Sequence record: NC_047979.1
DNA from: Escherichia phage Gostya9
Direction: 5' to 3' (one strand)
Length of the DNA stretch: 64,000 bases
Shown piece by piece: positions 55,460 to 64,000 of this stretch. The notes beneath the pieces were generated by a model, which was given only the letters and a program-made list of their open reading frames with translations, did not search any database and was not told where the DNA came from. The translations under genes were made by a program, and so were the position numbers. Numbering within the stretch: the stretch's first letter is position 1; the number at the start of each line of letters is the position of its first letter.

Positions 55460-55870
55460 ATGACTACTCCAACTCAGTGGACTGATGAACTGTTTGAAAA
55501 AATGTCTTCCGAATACGTTGCTCGTATGGAGCAATTCCCAGAGGATGAACGTCCGAGTGTTAGCATGGAAATTGTTAGTGAAATTGCCCAGGAAAATGGT
55601 GTAACTCCGAACGGTTTTCGTATGAAGCTGACTAAAGCAGGTTTGTATATCAAGAAAGCTGCTGGCTCCGCTTCTAAATCTAGTGCATCTACTGGAGAAA
55701 AAGCTTCCGGTGGTTCTCGTACCTCCAAAGCCCAGGCCCATGCGGATCTTCGTTCAGCATTCTCTGATGCTGGCTTAGCACCAGATTTTCTGGATGATGC
55801 AATTATCGACAAACTGACTGGTAAAGCGGCTGCTCATCTGGCTGAAGCAATCCGAGCTATCACTAAGTAA
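55460..55870 (+). CDS. hypothetical protein
   Basis: 136-aa ORF with Ser/Ala-rich linker. Confidence 0.45.
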   Translation: MTTPTQWTDELFEKMSSEYVARMEQFPEDERPSVSMEIVSEIAQENGVTPNGFRMKLTKAGLYIKKAAGSASKSSASTGEKASGGSRTSKAQAHADLRSAFSDAGLAPDFLDDAIIDKLTGKAAAHLAEAIRAITK

Positions 55871-55884
55871 TAGGGAGATTATAC

Positions 55885-56172
55885 ATGAATAAACAAGAAA
55901 TTATCTCCGCATGTGAAGCCCATAATGAGTTCTACCTTCATTATGAGAAACTACGCCAAAAGGGTACTACATACCTTCAGGGTACTATGGATTTTTCTGA
56001 TAAGTACCTAAGTAAACGTTTTGCTCAGGAGCGTATCCGTCAACCAAAAGATGACGAAATTCTAGTGTTTAGTCGCACTAATGACAGCTTCCGTTTCATT
56101 CCTGTTGCGAAAGTTCGTCGCATTACGAGCCTTCAGTCAGAGTTAGATCGTGCTTCTCCAGTAGGCCGATAA
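55885..56172 (+). CDS. hypothetical protein
   Basis: 95-aa ORF with RBS. Confidence 0.45.
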   Translation: MNKQEIISACEAHNEFYLHYEKLRQKGTTYLQGTMDFSDKYLSKRFAQERIRQPKDDEILVFSRTNDSFRFIPVAKVRRITSLQSELDRASPVGR

Positions 56173-56223
56173 GATAGCAATTAAGCCCCTATATGGGGCT
56201 TTTTGTGTATTTGAGAAACGTAA

Positions 56224-56532
56224 ATGAGCGATCAGGTAAACCAAAACTATGAAGGACACGTTGATGATCAGTCAATCCTTCTATGGGAAAAAGAAGGGGA
56301 ACAAATAAGATTGACAGTATCTGAATTTCGTGGGAATCTATACATGGGAATTAGGTATTGGCTCCAGGATATTACTGGAGAATGGTTTCCAACGAAATCC
56401 GGCTTCTCTTTTCCGTACACTCTAGAAACTACTTCGCAGCTATTCTATGCTTTTACGCAAATCCTTAGTGAATCTGAGGTTCTTGCCGAAGTACAGAAAC
56501 GAGCTGAAGAACTCAAAGCCAAGAATGCCTAG
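56224..56532 (+). CDS. hypothetical protein
   Basis: 102-aa ORF. Confidence 0.45.
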   Translation: MSDQVNQNYEGHVDDQSILLWEKEGEQIRLTVSEFRGNLYMGIRYWLQDITGEWFPTKSGFSFPYTLETTSQLFYAFTQILSESEVLAEVQKRAEELKAKNA

Positions 56533-56548
56533 TTCTTGGCTTTTTCTT
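56519..56548 (+). terminator. rho-independent terminator
   Basis: GCCAAGAA..TTCTTGGC hairpin followed by TTTTTC. Confidence 0.6.
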
Positions 56549-56559
56549 TATAAATGTAT

Positions 56560-56588
56560 TTGCTTTCAACTCAGTTTTGTTATATAAT
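56560..56588 (+). promoter_or_regulatory. sigma70 promoter for ligase A
   Basis: TTGCTT-17-TATAAT. Confidence 0.65.
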
Positions 56589-56619
56589 ATTTATATAAAT
56601 TAATGAGAGATATAAATAA

Positions 56620-57591
56620 ATGACTAATGTAAAAGAATTTATTAAACGCTGTCAAGAAGCATATTATCAGGGCATGTCTTTAATCTCTGATGAGGAGTAT
56701 GATCGCCTGGTAAAACGCTTCCCGTTAGAGGAAGAGATCGGGCCTAAGGGTGATATTCCACACCTATATCGTATGTATTCTTTACAGAAAGTTTATTATA
56801 ATCGTGGAGATAAACCCCCATTTGACCCGTTAGGTCAAGTAGAAACTGATAAGTTAGATGGTTGTGCGATTTCCCTGCTATATATTAACGGTGAATTTGT
56901 TCAAGCACTAACTCGTGGTAATGGTATTCTGGGAAATGATGTCACAAGCAACGTAAGATTGCTGAACATCCCTAAAAAGATTTCCCAAAAAGTACCTACT
57001 CAAATCACTGGTGAAGTTCTAATTACAAAAGAAGTAGAAAATAAACGTAACTTTGCCTCTGGTGCTATTAACCTCAAAGATAGTGATGATTTCATGCAAC
57101 GTATCGGGGAAGGTGGTTTAATCTTCGTTGCATACGGTATCCAGTGTTCTGCTGAATCTGTAGGTATTACAGAAGCGTATTTAAAAGATATGCTTTGGCT
57201 AGAGAATGAGAACTTCTTAACAGTTGTTAATGTGCGTTCCTTCTTTAAATGGATTCCGACGGACGGTAAAGTTGTTCGTATTAATGACAATAACAAATTC
57301 TTCCGTGAAGGTTGGACTAATAAATTTCCTCGTGGGGCATTCGCTATTAAAGAGGATGAAGAAGGCGAGATTACAACTCTTACTAAAGTTGAATGGCAGG
57401 TAGGGGCTTCTGGTAAAGTAACTCCAGTCGGTTATTTTGAACCAGTAATTATTGATGATGCTACAATTGTTAAAGCGACTCTTAATAATGTTGATTATAT
57501 TAACTCTCTCGATCTAGAGATCGGTTGCCAGATTCGAGTGATTCGTGCTGGTGGTGTAATCCCGTGCATAGTAGAGCGAGTTTATGATTAA
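56620..57591 (+). CDS. NAD-dependent DNA ligase, N-terminal (adenylation/OB) part
   Basis: 323 aa; adenylation motif KLDG (ETDKLDGCAIS) with flanking LigA-type sequence; ends before the Zn-finger/HhH/BRCT region. Confidence 0.75.
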   Translation: MTNVKEFIKRCQEAYYQGMSLISDEEYDRLVKRFPLEEEIGPKGDIPHLYRMYSLQKVYYNRGDKPPFDPLGQVETDKLDGCAISLLYINGEFVQALTRGNGILGNDVTSNVRLLNIPKKISQKVPTQITGEVLITKEVENKRNFASGAINLKDSDDFMQRIGEGGLIFVAYGIQCSAESVGITEAYLKDMLWLENENFLTVVNVRSFFKWIPTDGKVVRINDNNKFFREGWTNKFPRGAFAIKEDEEGEITTLTKVEWQVGASGKVTPVGYFEPVIIDDATIVKATLNNVDYINSLDLEIGCQIRVIRAGGVIPCIVERVYD

Positions 57592-57639
57592 TACATAACC
57601 CTTTGCTACCCCTCTACCATATCGGAATTATAAAGTGGT

Positions 57640-57668
57640 TATTGACATTTTCGCCGCTTAGGTATATA
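57640..57668 (+). promoter_or_regulatory. sigma70 promoter in the ligA-ligB spacer
   Basis: TTGACA-17-TATACT. Confidence 0.5.
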
Positions 57669-57734
57669 CTATTATCATTCAGTTGAGGGATAGAAAGTTA
57701 TGGCGAGGGTAAGCAAAGTTAGTTAAAATTGTAG

Positions 57735-57763
57735 TTGCTAAATGCTTAAATACTTGCTATAAT
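57735..57763 (+). promoter_or_regulatory. sigma70 promoter for ligase B
   Basis: TTGCTA-17-TATAAT. Confidence 0.65.
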
Positions 57764-57790
57764 ATTTATATAAATTGATAAGGAAGAAAT

Positions 57791-58573
57791 TTGATGAAAA
57801 TCGAAATTCCAACACAATGTCCCTCTTGTGGTTCTAAGCTAGATCTTGTCAACGGACAATTATTCTGTCGTAATAAGTCCAACTGTCCAGCGCAATCAAG
57901 TAAGTTAATTGAGAACTTCTGTACAAAAATGAAGTTAAAGGGCTTTGGCCCGAAAACTATTGAGAAGCTGGAGCTGACGAAGATTTCAGAACTATTTTAC
58001 CTAACCGAAGAAGATTTGGTTAGAGCCGTGGGTAGCAAGGTTGCCGCTAAGTTAATTAGCGAATTAAATACTAAAGTTCGCGGAGACATTGACTTTGGTT
58101 CAGTTCTCGGTTCTTTAGGAATCCCTCTAATTGGAGAGGTTGCAGCAAAGAAATTATCCCAAAATTGCACTAGCTTCCACGATGTGAAGGCTGACGGCAG
58201 GGCTGGAGAAAACTATAAAGCCTGGCTAAATTCCCCACAAGGCAAGGATGTTATCGAATTACCGTGGAAATTCACAACCGGTATTAAAGGTGCTAAAGCT
58301 GAGGTCAGCATTACTGATGGTCTAGTAGCCCAACCAAATGGAATCACGGTGTGTATTACCGGATCTTTGCAAGATTTTGCAAATAGAACGGATGCAACAA
58401 ACTATCTAGAAGGTCTAGGGTATACTGTTAAAAAATCAGTTACCAAAGACGTTAAATACCTCATCTGTGAGGATGAATCTAAGCGTTCTTCCTCATCTTA
58501 TAAGAAAGCCGAAACGAATGGGATAGAAATCCTGTCGATTAAAGAACTATTGGAGAAAAATAATAATGTCTAA
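57791..58573 (+). CDS. NAD-dependent DNA ligase, C-terminal (Zn-finger/HhH/BRCT) part
   Basis: 260 aa; N-terminal CPSCGS..C..C zinc finger then helix-hairpin-helix-like and BRCT-like regions. Confidence 0.7.
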   Translation: MMKIEIPTQCPSCGSKLDLVNGQLFCRNKSNCPAQSSKLIENFCTKMKLKGFGPKTIEKLELTKISELFYLTEEDLVRAVGSKVAAKLISELNTKVRGDIDFGSVLGSLGIPLIGEVAAKKLSQNCTSFHDVKADGRAGENYKAWLNSPQGKDVIELPWKFTTGIKGAKAEVSITDGLVAQPNGITVCITGSLQDFANRTDATNYLEGLGYTVKKSVTKDVKYLICEDESKRSSSSYKKAETNGIEILSIKELLEKNNNV

Positions 58574-59333
58574 ACTGAACTGGAACGTAGAAGGTGTAAC
58601 CGAGTCTCTGAAAGCAAAAGCCACTGCTCTGGGTGTTGCTGTAATCTCTCAAGAACAAGTAGCTGCTATCGCTGCTGAACTGGCTGCTGAAACTGGCAAA
58701 GACGTTACCGCTCGCTCTGTTGGCTCTAAGCTGCGTAAAGAAGGTTTCGAAGTACAGAAAGCTAACGAAGTACAGAAATCCCCGTGGACTCCTGAGCAGG
58801 AAGCTGAACTGGTTGATTTCCTGAACTCTCATGCTGGTCAGTATACTTATGCTGAAATCGCTGCTGCTGTAGCTGGTGGTCAATTTGGTGCTAAGCAGGT
58901 ACAGGGTAAGATCCTGAGTCTGGAAATGACCGCTTCTGTTAAACCAACTGAAAAAGCTGCTGCTGTTCGTTCCTTCACTCCTGATGAAGAAACTGATTTT
59001 GTTAATCAGGTTGTTGCTGGTGCTACTATTGAAGCTATTGCTGCTCACTTCGGTCGTAATATCAAGCAGATCCGTGGTAAAGCTCTGAGTCTGCTTCGTG
59101 AAGGTCGTATCGCTGCTATGCCGGTACAGGAAACTTCAAGTGCTAAAACTCGTGAAGATCTGCTAGAAGGTCTGGATCTGGCTAACATGACTGTTGCTGA
59201 GATCGCTGAGAAAACTGGTAAGTCTGAGCGCGGTGTTAAATCTATGCTGTCTCGTCGTGGTCTGGTTGCTAAGGACTATGATGGTGCCGCTAAGCGTGCT
59301 AAACTGGATGCAAAAGCTGCGGCTGCTGAATAA
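58566..59333 (+). CDS. protein with three tandem HTH-like repeats, GC-rich codon usage
   Basis: 255 aa; repeated T..E.A...G...R.V..KL...G modules; strong CTG/GCT codon bias unlike neighbours. Confidence 0.5.
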   Translation: MSKLNWNVEGVTESLKAKATALGVAVISQEQVAAIAAELAAETGKDVTARSVGSKLRKEGFEVQKANEVQKSPWTPEQEAELVDFLNSHAGQYTYAEIAAAVAGGQFGAKQVQGKILSLEMTASVKPTEKAAAVRSFTPDEETDFVNQVVAGATIEAIAAHFGRNIKQIRGKALSLLREGRIAAMPVQETSSAKTREDLLEGLDLANMTVAEIAEKTGKSERGVKSMLSRRGLVAKDYDGAAKRAKLDAKAAAAE

Positions 59334-59351
59334 TCTGGTAAATTAAACCTA

Positions 59352-59386
59352 AGGGGTGGGGGCTATGCCTCTACCCCTTTTTGCAT
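59352..59386 (+). terminator. terminator-like hairpin
   Basis: AGGGGTG..CACCCCT-like stem followed by TTTTT; lies inside the ORF-track N-terminus of the next gene. Confidence 0.45.
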
Positions 59387-59415
59387 TTAGAAGGCACGAA
59401 AGCGTGCAAAGGAGA

Positions 59416-60888
59416 ATGACCTTGTTTAACGTGCAAGCTGTAGTGTTGAAGATGCTTCTAGCTTCCGAACAGAAGCAAATAGCATTGGAAACATTCTCAA
59501 AACTGCATAAAGATCATTTTAATGACGCTTTCTCCTCAATTTACCAAGCCGTCCAGAATTATTATAAAAAATATAACACAATGCCGTCCATTGACGCACT
59601 GATGCTTGAGGCTAATAGGAACGCCCGCCTTTCTCAAGCTCTAGTCGTTTTAGCTAACACTCAAATTCCAGAAGTTAGCATGGAACAGGCACTTGAAGTC
59701 CTAGAGGCCGAGTATACACAGGATTTATTCCTGAAGCTTCTAGAAACAGACGTGCTTCAAGATTTAACAATGCTGGATCAGGGAGAAATTCTTAACCGAG
59801 TTGCCTCCCTTCACTTAAAATTAGAAGAGAAAGTAACGAATACTGGAAAAGTATTCAACGCAGATAACATGCGTATTTTCCAGAGAGAAGAAGATACCAA
59901 ACTGAACTTAATCGCTCTTGGTATTTGTAATGAGTTCGACGCTCAAATTGGTTTAGCTCGCACAGAAACGTTACTGCTTGGTGGTTGGCGTGGTACTGGT
60001 AAATCCATTATCTGTTCAAACATACAGGTTCAGCAATATTTGAATGGAGATATTGCTCCATACTTCTCAATTGAGATGAAAGAACATGAAGTATTTAGAC
60101 GTAATCTAGCTATGTTAGCTGGTGTATCAGCACTAGCAATGCGTAATAATACTCTAGAAGGTGCAGCTCTGTTGAGATTAGCCAGAACTAGAGCTAGGAT
60201 GTTTAACGGTGGTGAAGAGCTTTTCGATAACTTCGTTAAACAGTACACAATGGCTAAGATGAGTGATTTCTACGATATGGAAAGTAAGCTAATAGAAGGA
60301 TATGAGCTACATACTCCTATGATTATTGTTTATGATCCTGAGCTGTCTATTACAACAGTTGACGTAGAATTAAATAAATTAGTTGCTAGATATGGGGATA
60401 AAGTTACAGTAGCTTTACTAGACTATATTAACCAAACCCGACTTCCAGACTCTAAAACCATTGATATGTATGACTGGAAAGAACAGATGGTTGTTAGCTC
60501 GTCTTTCAAATCTATCTGCCAGAAACATAACGTGGCTGGTGTAGCTCCTTACCAGATCGATCAAGATGGTAGAACACGTATGTCGAAGGGGATTCTTGAT
60601 TCCGCAGACATGGCTGCTAATCTTAATGCTGCAAAAGCTGATAATGGTCAAGGTGCTATTATGTTTGACTTCGTTAAGACTCGGTCTTCTGATAGCGTGA
60701 AGTTTATGCCTAAAATGAACTGGGAAACCCTGCGGATGGATAACACTACCAACCTAGCAATGGAAGATATATCTCAAATGGAAGCTGAGTTCGTTATCCC
60801 TATTGAGAAGGATAAGCCGACTCAATCTAAACGTGCTAAGAAAGACAAAGCTGAAAATTCAACAGGTGAACAGGCCAGCGATATATGA
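59416..60888 (+). CDS. DnaB-like replicative helicase
   Basis: ATG after AAGGAG RBS (490 aa); RecA-fold Walker A GWRGTGKS. Confidence 0.65.
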   Translation: MTLFNVQAVVLKMLLASEQKQIALETFSKLHKDHFNDAFSSIYQAVQNYYKKYNTMPSIDALMLEANRNARLSQALVVLANTQIPEVSMEQALEVLEAEYTQDLFLKLLETDVLQDLTMLDQGEILNRVASLHLKLEEKVTNTGKVFNADNMRIFQREEDTKLNLIALGICNEFDAQIGLARTETLLLGGWRGTGKSIICSNIQVQQYLNGDIAPYFSIEMKEHEVFRRNLAMLAGVSALAMRNNTLEGAALLRLARTRARMFNGGEELFDNFVKQYTMAKMSDFYDMESKLIEGYELHTPMIIVYDPELSITTVDVELNKLVARYGDKVTVALLDYINQTRLPDSKTIDMYDWKEQMVVSSSFKSICQKHNVAGVAPYQIDQDGRTRMSKGILDSADMAANLNAAKADNGQGAIMFDFVKTRSSDSVKFMPKMNWETLRMDNTTNLAMEDISQMEAEFVIPIEKDKPTQSKRAKKDKAENSTGEQASDI

Positions 60889-61418
60889 TAACACAGGAAA
60901 GGCTAAAAGAGTTATTTGATTACTCCCCAGTTTCTGGGGAGTTTACTAGAAAAGTATCTAGAGGTAATCAGAAAGCTGGTAGTATAATAACCAGAAAAGA
61001 CTCTAACGGTTATATAATTATTGGTATAGATGGCAAGGATTACAAAGCCCATCGGATGGCTTTTCTATTTATGGAAAATACATTGCCGGAAAAAGTAGAC
61101 CATGTAAACAGAATACCTTTTGATAATAGGTGGTGTAATCTAAGAGACGCCACAGCTCAGGAAAATAGTAGAAATAAAACCGCATGTAGTAAGTCTGGAT
61201 ATTTGGGAGTTGCTTGGGATATCGAAAAACAAAGATGGAGAGTTCAAGTAAGAGACTCTAATAGCACTCTTAAAAATGGTGGCAGATTTAAGTATGAAGA
61301 GCTAGAGCTAGCTGTAAATTCAGCAAATATATTAAGGACTAAGTTACATGGAGAACGTGCTGTTATAGAAATTTTTGATACATCTAATTATCCTTCACTG
61401 GAGGAGTTAAATTCATGA
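60885..61418 (+). CDS. HNH homing endonuclease (paralog 3 of 3)
   Basis: 177 aa; MITQERLKELFDY..GYIIIGIDGKDYKAHRMAF..VDHVNR..NRWCNLRDAT..ENSRNKT; overlaps both neighbours. Confidence 0.75.
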   Translation: MITQERLKELFDYSPVSGEFTRKVSRGNQKAGSIITRKDSNGYIIIGIDGKDYKAHRMAFLFMENTLPEKVDHVNRIPFDNRWCNLRDATAQENSRNKTACSKSGYLGVAWDIEKQRWRVQVRDSNSTLKNGGRFKYEELELAVNSANILRTKLHGERAVIEIFDTSNYPSLEELNS

Positions 61419-62305
61419 GTCGAATAACAGAATTACTTGATCTTAAGGGAATTGAGTATAAAGATACTGGTGGAGATATTTTAATCTGTTGTCTAAATCC
61501 AGATCATGATGATAAACACCCAAGTTTGCGTATTGACCCTGAAACAGGTATTATGCACTGCTTGAGTTGTGGCTTCGGTAAAGGTATACCGAGCATTTAC
61601 CATTATTTTAATGAGACTCAGTACCGACAGTCCCCAAGACTATCCCAAGTACGTAAAAAGATTTCAGAGATTAGAAATGGATCTACAAATCTTGCAATCC
61701 CAGAATCTGCTTTTCTTTTTGAAGGTGATTTCCGAGGTATCAGTTCTAAGACCTTAAAGAAATATTTTGCTTTCCAACACCAAGAGGACTGGGAGGGCAG
61801 AATTGTATTCCCAATCACAGATGCTGTTGGACGCAATATCCTATTTTTGGGTCGTTCTATAAACAGTTCTGCCCCTCCTAAATACTTAGTAAAACCAAAA
61901 CAAGTTTCACCACCAATTTTCCCTGTACGATATAATACTCCAGTTCTTATTCTAGTTGAAGGCATCTTTGATATGCTGAAGCTAGAGGATAATGGTATAG
62001 ACTATGCTTCCTGCTGTTTTGGTACACATCAGTTTACTTCCGATAACATTGCAGATAAGTTCAGTCCTTATATTATTGCCGGTGTAAAAGTTGTTGTTAT
62101 CTTACTAGATAATGATGCTTCTGGTAATAAAGCTGCCCAGTCTCTAGCGAAGTTAATTCGTACAAAAACGCGTTTAACACCTGTAGTTGCTAACTTTCTT
62201 CTGCCTGAAGGTAAAGACCCTGGTGACTTAAATAAAGAAGAAGTCGATACGTTAGCAAAACGTATTGAAATTTTAGTTGCTGAATCGCTTAAAGATTTGG
62301 TATAA
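61415..62305 (+). CDS. DNA primase (zinc-binding + TOPRIM)
   Basis: 296 aa; zinc motif CCLNPDHDDKHPS..CLSCGFGKG; TOPRIM-like acidic patch EGIFD..LLDNDASG. Confidence 0.7.
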   Translation: MSRITELLDLKGIEYKDTGGDILICCLNPDHDDKHPSLRIDPETGIMHCLSCGFGKGIPSIYHYFNETQYRQSPRLSQVRKKISEIRNGSTNLAIPESAFLFEGDFRGISSKTLKKYFAFQHQEDWEGRIVFPITDAVGRNILFLGRSINSSAPPKYLVKPKQVSPPIFPVRYNTPVLILVEGIFDMLKLEDNGIDYASCCFGTHQFTSDNIADKFSPYIIAGVKVVVILLDNDASGNKAAQSLAKLIRTKTRLTPVVANFLLPEGKDPGDLNKEEVDTLAKRIEILVAESLKDLV

Positions 62306-62367
62306 TATATTGGTAAGTTAGAGAAGAAACACTGAAGTTATACTTACTTACCAAGAGGAGATTAAAT

Positions 62368-64000
62368 TTGAAAATTGCAGTAGTTGATAAAGCTCTAAAC
62401 AACACTCGTTATGATAAACATTTCCAGCTATACGGCGAGGAAGTTGATGTATTCCATATGTGTAACGAGAAGTTATCCGGTCGTTTGCTCAAAAAGCATA
62501 TTACTATCGGGACCCCGGAAAACCCATTTGACCCGAATGATTATGATTTTGTTATACTGGTAGGTGCCGAACCTTTCCTGTACTTTGCGGGTAAGAAAGG
62601 TATTGGTGATTATACTGGTAAACGTGTAGAGTATAATGGATATGCTAACTGGATTGCTAGTATCAGCCCAGCCCAGTTACACTTTAAACCTGAAATGAAA
62701 CCAGTTTTTGATGCAACAGTAGAGAGTATCCACGATATTATCAATGGTCGTGAGAAGATTGCAAAAGCTGGTGATTACCGTCCTATTACTGACCCTGATG
62801 AGGCAGAAGAATATATCAAGATGGTGTATAATATGGTTATCGGACCTGTCGCATTCGACTCCGAAACCTCAGCACTATACTGTCGAGATGGTTATCTGCT
62901 TGGTGTTTCTATTTCTCACCAAGAGTATCAGGGTGTATATATCGATTCTGATTGTCTCACAGAGGTTGCAGTATATTATCTCCAGAAAATTCTGGATAGT
63001 GAAAACCACATTATTGTTTTTCACAACTTGAAGTTTGATATGCACTTTTATAAGTACCATCTGGGACTTACTTTTGATAAAGCACATAAAGAACGCAGGC
63101 TCCATGATACCATGTTGCAGCACTATGTTCTAGATGAACGTCGTGGTACTCATGGCTTGAAATCTCTAGCAATGAAGTATACCGATATGGGTGACTATGA
63201 CTTCGAACTAGATAAGTTCAAAGATGATTACTGCAAAGCACATAAAATCAAGAAAGAAGATTTCACCTATGATCTGATTCCGTTTGATATTATGTGGCCA
63301 TATGCATGTCTTACTCACGATTCCCAAGTTCGGATGGCTTCAGGGAATTGGAAGACTATTGGGGAACTTGTTCGCACCAAATCTACAGAAGCTGTAGTAT
63401 CATTCAACGAGTCAACTGGGCAATTTGAGAACAAACCGATTACTGGATGGTATAAAAATGAACATAAATCCAAGCAATGGAAGAAGTTAATAGTTAAATC
63501 TCAGCAAAGAAACTCTAAGGGTACTATTAATGGGCCAGTATTTACACCAGATCATAGGGTATTAACTCAGAATGGATACATAGAAGTCCAAGATATTATT
63601 CCAGGACAGGATAAAATCCTAACTGAAGAACTTGCTTTACCATCTGATAGTAAGCAAGTATTAATGGCATCCCTATTTGGGGATGGTGCTCTGGTATCTA
63701 GAAATAATTGGGGCGCGGGTCTACAACTGACACAGTCAGAAGCGCATAAAGAGTATCTAGATTTTAAGGCAGCCTCTCAAGTAGAAACACCAACTCTTAG
63801 TTCCTCTACAAAAGGAGATAAAAAAGCATATACGTATAGTTTCCCCTATACCTCGGAGTATTCTGACTTATTCTCTACCTTAGAGGTACGAGATAATACT
63901 ACAAAATATAAGTTAAAAATTACTAAGAAAAATCTAGAAGGGTTAGATGAAAAAGCACTAGCTATTTGGTATCAAGATGATGGTAACCTGCCACAAGGAA
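62368..64000 (+). CDS. DNA polymerase (family A), N-terminal part, interrupted by an intein; partial
   Basis: TTG start after AAGAGGAG RBS; Exo I FDSETSALY and Exo II HNLKFDMHFY present; reading frame continues into the intein at 63307. Confidence 0.8.
   Translation, partial: MKIAVVDKALNNTRYDKHFQLYGEEVDVFHMCNEKLSGRLLKKHITIGTPENPFDPNDYDFVILVGAEPFLYFAGKKGIGDYTGKRVEYNGYANWIASISPAQLHFKPEMKPVFDATVESIHDIINGREKIAKAGDYRPITDPDEAEEYIKMVYNMVIGPVAFDSETSALYCRDGYLLGVSISHQEYQGVYIDSDCLTEVAVYYLQKILDSENHIIVFHNLKFDMHFYKYHLGLTFDKAHKERRLHDTMLQHYVLDERRGTHGLKSLAMKYTDMGDYDFELDKFKDDYCKAHKIKKEDFTYDLIPFDIMWPYACLTHDSQVRMASGNWKTIGELVRTKSTEAVVSFNESTGQFENKPITGWYKNEHKSKQWKKLIVKSQQRNSKGTINGPVFTPDHRVLTQNGYIEVQDIIPGQDKILTEELALPSDSKQVLMASLFGDGALVSRNNWGAGLQLTQSEAHKEYLDFKAASQVETPTLSSSTKGDKKAYTYSFPYTSEYSDLFSTLEVRDNTTKYKLKITKKNLEGLDEKALAIWYQDDGNLPQG
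63307..64000 (+). mobile_element. intein with LAGLIDADG homing-endonuclease domain inside DNA polymerase (partial, N-terminal part)
   Basis: begins with Cys after extein ..IMWPYA; Block A CLTHDSQV, Block B TPDHRVLT; endonuclease motifs LMASLFGDGAL and LAIWYQDDGNL. Confidence 0.7.

Overview
This window reads as the left arm of a T5-like (Tequintavirus-type) lytic phage genome; that assignment is inferred from gene content and recalled protein families, not from any search. Layout: (1) 1-4150, minus-strand pre-early genes including a Dmp-like 5'-deoxyribonucleotidase and an A1-like metallophosphoesterase. (2) 4150-8890, a repeat-rich, almost non-coding region with tandem repeats, palindromes, mirrored DnaA-box clusters, two near-consensus LexA boxes and a dispersed TGTGCAAATCCGAC motif. 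(3) 8890-45320, a minus-strand early region in which most genes carry the same sigma70-type promoter cassette (TTGCTT-17-TATAAT plus a conserved AT-rich leader); it holds unknown small genes, three paralogous HNH endonucleases, phosphatases, a lysis cassette, dNMP kinase, a tRNA cluster of about 20 genes, a GrcA-like glycyl-radical protein, RNase H, a GIY-YIG endonuclease, thyA, DHFR, nrdB, nrdA and phoH. (4) 45700-64000, a plus-strand replication module: nrdD, Sir2-like protein, an origin-binding-type helicase, NAD-dependent ligase split into two ORFs, DnaB-like helicase, primase, and a DNA polymerase whose Exo III motif is interrupted by an intein with a LAGLIDADG endonuclease domain. Most notable: the polymerase intein, a roughly 600-nt structured non-coding leader upstream of the helicase gene, the LexA/DnaA-box architecture, and irregular tRNA-like elements. 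All coordinates for tRNAs, promoters and terminators were derived by eye and are approximate; CDS starts follow the ORF track unless an RBS-supported internal start is stated.
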